IMG/VR virus record: IMGVR_UViG_3300020045_017904
Location: 29,657-93,656 of that record
Strand: one strand, 5' to 3'
From: a virus
Length of the DNA: 64,000 bases
The notes beneath the pieces are model-generated. The model did no database searches. It was given only the letters and a program-made list of their open reading frames with translations, and was not told where the DNA came from. Made by a program: the position numbers and the translations under genes. Shown in pieces: positions 60,438 to 64,000 of this stretch. Each line of letters begins with the position of its first letter. The first letter of the stretch is position 1.

Positions 60438-61109
60438 TTATTCAAAATTTTCTAATTTTGTAACATACCTTGGATAATCATAACCTTGTGAGTCGTAAAA
60501 ATAAAATTCCCCATTACATTTTAATATTCCATATTGCTCATCTCCTATATTTATATCTAAAATATTTTCATCATCTCCTAATAATTCATCAACATTTATA
60601 ATATTTAATTTATTTAATGATTTTTTTACTCTACTTTGATATGTTGGTCTTAATCTTTTTAAATCTACTTCAAATGAAACGTCGGCAAAATTTGTAGGCT
60701 TTCTATCCCCTTGTAATGAATTATATATTGATTTATCTGTTTCAGTTTCTTCTTTGTCATAAAAAGGATCATCCTCTTCATTTATCCCAGATAATTTTTC
60801 AGCTCTTTTATTCATTACTAACTCAGCATCTTTACCGTATCTTTTTACAAATTGGTGTTTGGCAGGTTTTAAGTTATTTAAAATATCTTCTTGTTTATCT
60901 TCTTTAATAAGAAATTCTGTTGGACAATATTGGTTATATAATTGTTTCCATTCCTCTTCACCAACTTCTTTTTTTAATAAATTGATTGCTTCTTCTTCCT
61001 TTTGTCCTTTAAGATAACCTCTTCTTGAATCTGTATGATCATCAGACATCATATACCACCAATCGTGGTTTTTTAACAATTTGATTAAGGTTTCTTTAGG
61101 GTTTTGCAT
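60438..61109 (-). CDS. Hypothetical protein (HDW.Y..SDD domain; modular)
   Basis: Segments separated by LIKE and INEE. Confidence 0.6.
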   Translation of the reverse strand: MQNPKETLIKLLKNHDWWYMMSDDHTDSRRGYLKGQKEEEAINLLKKEVGEEEWKQLYNQYCPTEFLIKEDKQEDILNNLKPAKHQFVKRYGKDAELVMNKRAEKLSGINEEDDPFYDKEETETDKSIYNSLQGDRKPTNFADVSFEVDLKRLRPTYQSRVKKSLNKLNIINVDELLGDDENILDINIGDEQYGILKCNGEFYFYDSQGYDYPRYVTKLENFE

Positions 61110-61851
61110 TTTGTATTATATTAAAAATATTATTATGTTTGTCTCTATTACCTATATAATTATGATAACCAAAGGATTTAGCTATTTCTGTTGTTTTAAA
61201 TAATGGTTGAAGATTAGTATAATGGAACAAATAAATTAAATCTTCTTTATTTTTTGCTTTTGAAGTAGGTATTATATGGTCAATTTCCCAAATATCACCC
61301 CAATTATCCCAATTCATTTCTTTTAAAAATTTTTGTTCTAAATAATTCTTAACAAAATCAAAAGATTCTCCTATTAGTTTTTTAGTAGTTTCTTGTTTCT
61401 TATATCCTGTTTTAGTAAATATTTTTGAAACTTGGGATCTTAAATTAACAGTTAATTTAAATAATTTATCATTTTCTTTTCTTTGTTTTCTATATTGATT
61501 TTGTTTAAATCTTATATTATCTCCTTCTATACTATTTAATTTTTGTTTTTGTTCTTTACTAATTTTATCCTTATTTAAAACATACCATTTTTGGTTTTTT
61601 TCTTTAATTATAGCTAAATTATTATTATAATACTCTTTTTGATATTCTAATATTTTTTCTATATTATCTTGTTGGTAGATTTTTTGATTTTGTTTTCTTA
61701 CTTCATGATTATTATAATAATTTTCATTACTTTTTAATTTATGACATTCTTTACAAGAACCCTTAAAGGAATTAATATTTTTATTTTCATAATAAAAATT
61801 ATTAAAATTTAATTCTTTAGGTATTTTACAATTATTACAAACTCGTTGCAT
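61096..61851 (-). CDS. HNH / endonuclease VII-like free-standing endonuclease, copy 4
   Basis: CNNC...CKEC; MNWDNWG..WEIDHIIP...FHYTNLQPL. Confidence 0.75.
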   Translation of the reverse strand: MQRVCNNCKIPKELNFNNFYYENKNINSFKGSCKECHKLKSNENYYNNHEVRKQNQKIYQQDNIEKILEYQKEYYNNNLAIIKEKNQKWYVLNKDKISKEQKQKLNSIEGDNIRFKQNQYRKQRKENDKLFKLTVNLRSQVSKIFTKTGYKKQETTKKLIGESFDFVKNYLEQKFLKEMNWDNWGDIWEIDHIIPTSKAKNKEDLIYLFHYTNLQPLFKTTEIAKSFGYHNYIGNRDKHNNIFNIIQNAKP

Positions 61852-62581
61852 TAGTAGTACTTCTAATAAGATATACTAAAGTGTTCCCTATTTGATTTAT
61901 AAGTTTTTCATCACCTAATGCTTTGGCTTCTTCTTGAGCTTGAGTTAAATGTTTTTGAATTAAACTCATTTCACCCCCTCCACTATTTGATGTATCAATA
62001 CTCATTTCTTCTCCAGATGGTTCTTCGTCTGCTAAATCAGGAATTTCAATATCTTCTTCTTTATCTTTTTTCTTTGGTTTTAAATTTTTTTCAGCTAAAA
62101 TCATTTCTTTGATTTTGGTTTTGAATTCAGATTTTTTCATTTTACCTTTTAATTCTTCATACAATCCTTTTTCTCCATGAGATACAGTTACATCGCCATT
62201 AAGATCTTCTAAATCAGGTTCATCTTCATCAAAAAATACCACAACTCCACTTGGGTCATTATTATAATTAAATAAAGTTGGACCATAACTTGGTATATCA
62301 ATTATTACCAAATCATAATTTTGAGGTCCATCATCTTCATCATTTACTTCCCAATCCTCTAAAAGATCTTTATATTTAGATTTTAAAAGTTCATCATATG
62401 TTCCTTTCCAAATTATTTTTCCTTGTTCATTATTCCATTCTCCACCAGCATTGGGATTTTCAAAAGCCACATCCCCCACTTTTACATCTTGGTAATCTTT
62501 TATAGGTTTACCTTGTGGCTCCTGATTTTCTGTTATCAAACCTGCAATTTCTTGCATTCTTTTTAGTGGATTATTTTTCAT
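61835..62581 (-). CDS. Putative internal head protein
   Basis: N-terminal KRMQEIAGLITE and internal MKKSEFKTKIKEMILAE. Confidence 0.6.
   Translation of the reverse strand: MKNNPLKRMQEIAGLITENQEPQGKPIKDYQDVKVGDVAFENPNAGGEWNNEQGKIIWKGTYDELLKSKYKDLLEDWEVNDEDDGPQNYDLVIIDIPSYGPTLFNYNNDPSGVVVFFDEDEPDLEDLNGDVTVSHGEKGLYEELKGKMKKSEFKTKIKEMILAEKNLKPKKKDKEEDIEIPDLADEEPSGEEMSIDTSNSGGGEMSLIQKHLTQAQEEAKALGDEKLINQIGNTLVYLIRSTTNATSL
62242..62362. repeat. 121-bp exact direct repeat, copy 1
   Basis: Identical to 63880-64000. Confidence 0.95.
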
Positions 62582-62603
62582 TGTTGTGTTTTCGTTATAA
62601 ATA

Positions 62604-62798
62604 TTAAATGTTTTTCTTTAAATCAAAGTAAAAATAAGATTCAGTAGGATATTCATTAGTAAATTTGTCACCTAATTGATTAGAAAGAAATTTATGTATT
62701 TTAAAAGCCAATGTAGGTGTTAATTTAACTTCATCTAATTCTTCTTTTAATGTCTGAATCTCTTCTAAAATTAAATTTTTTATATCTTGTCTTTTCAT
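62604..62798 (-). CDS. Putative internal head protein
   Basis: Begins MKRQDIKNLILEEI..LKE. Confidence 0.55.
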   Translation of the reverse strand: MKRQDIKNLILEEIQTLKEELDEVKLTPTLAFKIHKFLSNQLGDKFTNEYPTESYFYFDLKKNI

Positions 62799-63409
62799 TC
62801 TTTTTTATTAATTAATGAATTGTTTAATATTGTTCCTATTTGGTTTGCTTTCTTTCTTAAAAATGTCCATTCCTCAGCATTCAAAATTCTATTATTTTCA
62901 ATAAATGAAACTTCTAACATTCCTATAAATTGGTTTTTTAAATCTGTTATTGCAAGTAAATATAATGATTTAGCTCCAAATTCTTTATTTAAATAAAGTA
63001 AATCATAAAATTCTGTACTTGAAAAATCTGTTACCATTAGTTCTCCTTGTTTTGAAAGAACAGATAATGCTTTTGGAAATAAGGAAATTGGGATATTTTG
63101 GAAAATATATTGAAGAACAGGGTGACCTGGGGATGTTTTTTCATAAAAAATTGAAAATTTTCTAATTGATTTACCTGTTGGATAAAAATTACCTCCATTA
63201 TGAAATTGAGCCACCCAGGTTCTATCACATTTTATTATTTCTGATATTGATTCTAATTGTACATATACTTCTTCATCAAATTTATTATCTTCTGAAATAG
63301 TAGTTTTTTTAGGGGTATTTTTGTTTTTATACCAAGTTATTACCAAGGGCCCACCAACCGATGTTATAAGAGCTATTATTATTGTAGATATAATTCCAAA
63401 TGTACCCAT
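62795..63409 (-). CDS. Single-TM protein with GAF-like domain (T4 holin T-like architecture)
   Basis: N-terminal TM helix, then DR.W..QFHNGG...KFSI.YE....G......QNIP.S...IG.L.V.F. Confidence 0.55.
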   Translation of the reverse strand: MGTFGIISTIIIALITSVGGPLVITWYKNKNTPKKTTISEDNKFDEEVYVQLESISEIIKCDRTWVAQFHNGGNFYPTGKSIRKFSIFYEKTSPGHPVLQYIFQNIPISLFPKALSVLSKQGELMVTDFSSTEFYDLLYLNKEFGAKSLYLLAITDLKNQFIGMLEVSFIENNRILNAEEWTFLRKKANQIGTILNNSLINKKE

Positions 63410-63412
63410 GTT

Positions 63413-64000
63413 TTATTTTTTTAAGGTTTGTAAAAATCTAATTGTTTCTTCTTTGTTTTGTAATAATTTATTTTTTGCTGTTCCCACCCAATTCTCTACA
63501 TCACCATTTTCAGATATATAAGAATTATTTGTTTCATTTAATAATTCATTAAACCAAACTTCAAAATCTTTTGATATTGAATCAATATCTTGATTTATTA
63601 TGTTTTTTTCATATTCTTCCCATAACCCTAATCTTTTAATTTCAGCCTCAAATTCAAGTTGACAATCAAAACATCTATTAACTTGAATATAAAACAATTT
63701 ATCATTTTTATGATTCATTATTTTTTTACAAGAAGGACAAAACAAAGGCAAAGTTACTAATTGTTTTGCTTTATCGAGTTTAGTTATGTTTTGTTTTATT
63801 CCTTTTTTAATGGTCCATTTTCTTCCATCTTCTTCCCATTCATCACCTTCAACATGGAATTCTTCAGGTTTAGTATAACCAACTCCACTTGGGTCATTAT
63901 TATAATTAAATAAAGTTGGACCATAACTTGGTATATCAATTATTACCAAATCATAATTTTGAGGTCCATCATCTTCATCATTTACTTCCCAATCCTCTAA
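63413..64000 (-). CDS. Zn-finger hypothetical protein; 5' end runs off the window and is chimeric with a duplicated segment
   Basis: EGDEWEEDGRKWTIKKGIK; CPSC...CFDC; the N-terminal part is identical to part of ORF 61835-62581. Confidence 0.6.
   Translation of the reverse strand, partial: LEDWEVNDEDDGPQNYDLVIIDIPSYGPTLFNYNNDPSGVGYTKPEEFHVEGDEWEEDGRKWTIKKGIKQNITKLDKAKQLVTLPLFCPSCKKIMNHKNDKLFYIQVNRCFDCQLEFEAEIKRLGLWEEYEKNIINQDIDSISKDFEVWFNELLNETNNSYISENGDVENWVGTAKNKLLQNKEETIRFLQTLKK
63880..64000. repeat. 121-bp exact direct repeat, copy 2 (continues to the window edge)
   Basis: Identical to 62242-62362. Confidence 0.95.

Noticed and set aside
752-62603. T4-type late promoters firing on the plus strand
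   Set aside because: They would point away from the adjacent start codons into antisense territory. Their position fits a role on the minus strand.
63037-63228. Nested minus-strand 63-aa ORF
   Set aside because: It is an out-of-frame overlap inside the TM+GAF-like gene with no independent support.
458-63521. All plus-strand ORFs in the track
   Set aside because: They are short antisense shadows of well-supported minus-strand genes, with F/L/I/S-rich composition and no recognisable motifs.
1-64000. Alternative genetic code (stop-codon reassignment)
   Set aside because: Coding density is high under the standard code, and TAA, TAG and TGA all terminate genes at expected ends. Only one internal stop was found.
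62242-64000. Diversity-generating retroelement TR/VR pair
   Set aside because: The two copies are identical, with no adenine-specific mismatches, and no reverse transcriptase is present in the window.
1-64000. tRNA or rRNA genes
   Set aside because: No cloverleaf or T-loop signature was seen by eye in the intergenic gaps; a tRNAscan-SE run would be needed to exclude them formally.

Overview
This is a 64-kb segment of a large, very AT-rich, T4-like (contractile-tailed) phage genome. Essentially all credible genes lie on the minus strand and use the standard genetic code. Two features point to a Bacteroidota host: four Bacteroidota-type -33/-7 promoters and a signal peptide followed by Gln. 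Read in the direction of transcription (right to left), the window holds head-associated and lysis genes with DenV, a SLOG protein, an FAD oxidoreductase, a helicase and a kinase. Next come the large terminase (with an intein), portal, a block of acidic head proteins, prohead protease, a fibre/lectin/SGNH cluster, scaffold, major capsid and PhoH. These are followed by neck, sheath, tube, tail chaperones, tape measure and baseplate, then the replication genes (compact PolA-like, gp32, UvsX, RNase H, gp41 helicase, class II RNR). Eight free-standing homing-endonuclease-like genes are interspersed. The most notable observations are: (1) a family of head proteins sharing short targeting-like peptides and repeated [LI]xE protease sites, suggesting capsid-packaged, protease-processed polyprotein cargo; (2) strong [ST]-[GA]-S enrichment in predicted outer virion surfaces, a candidate modification sequon; (3) a single in-frame TAA in the terminase Walker A motif; (4) a U7 +1/-2 frameshift site in the tail chaperone pair; and (5) a two-class promoter system. 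All protein calls come from motif recognition and synteny, not from database searches.
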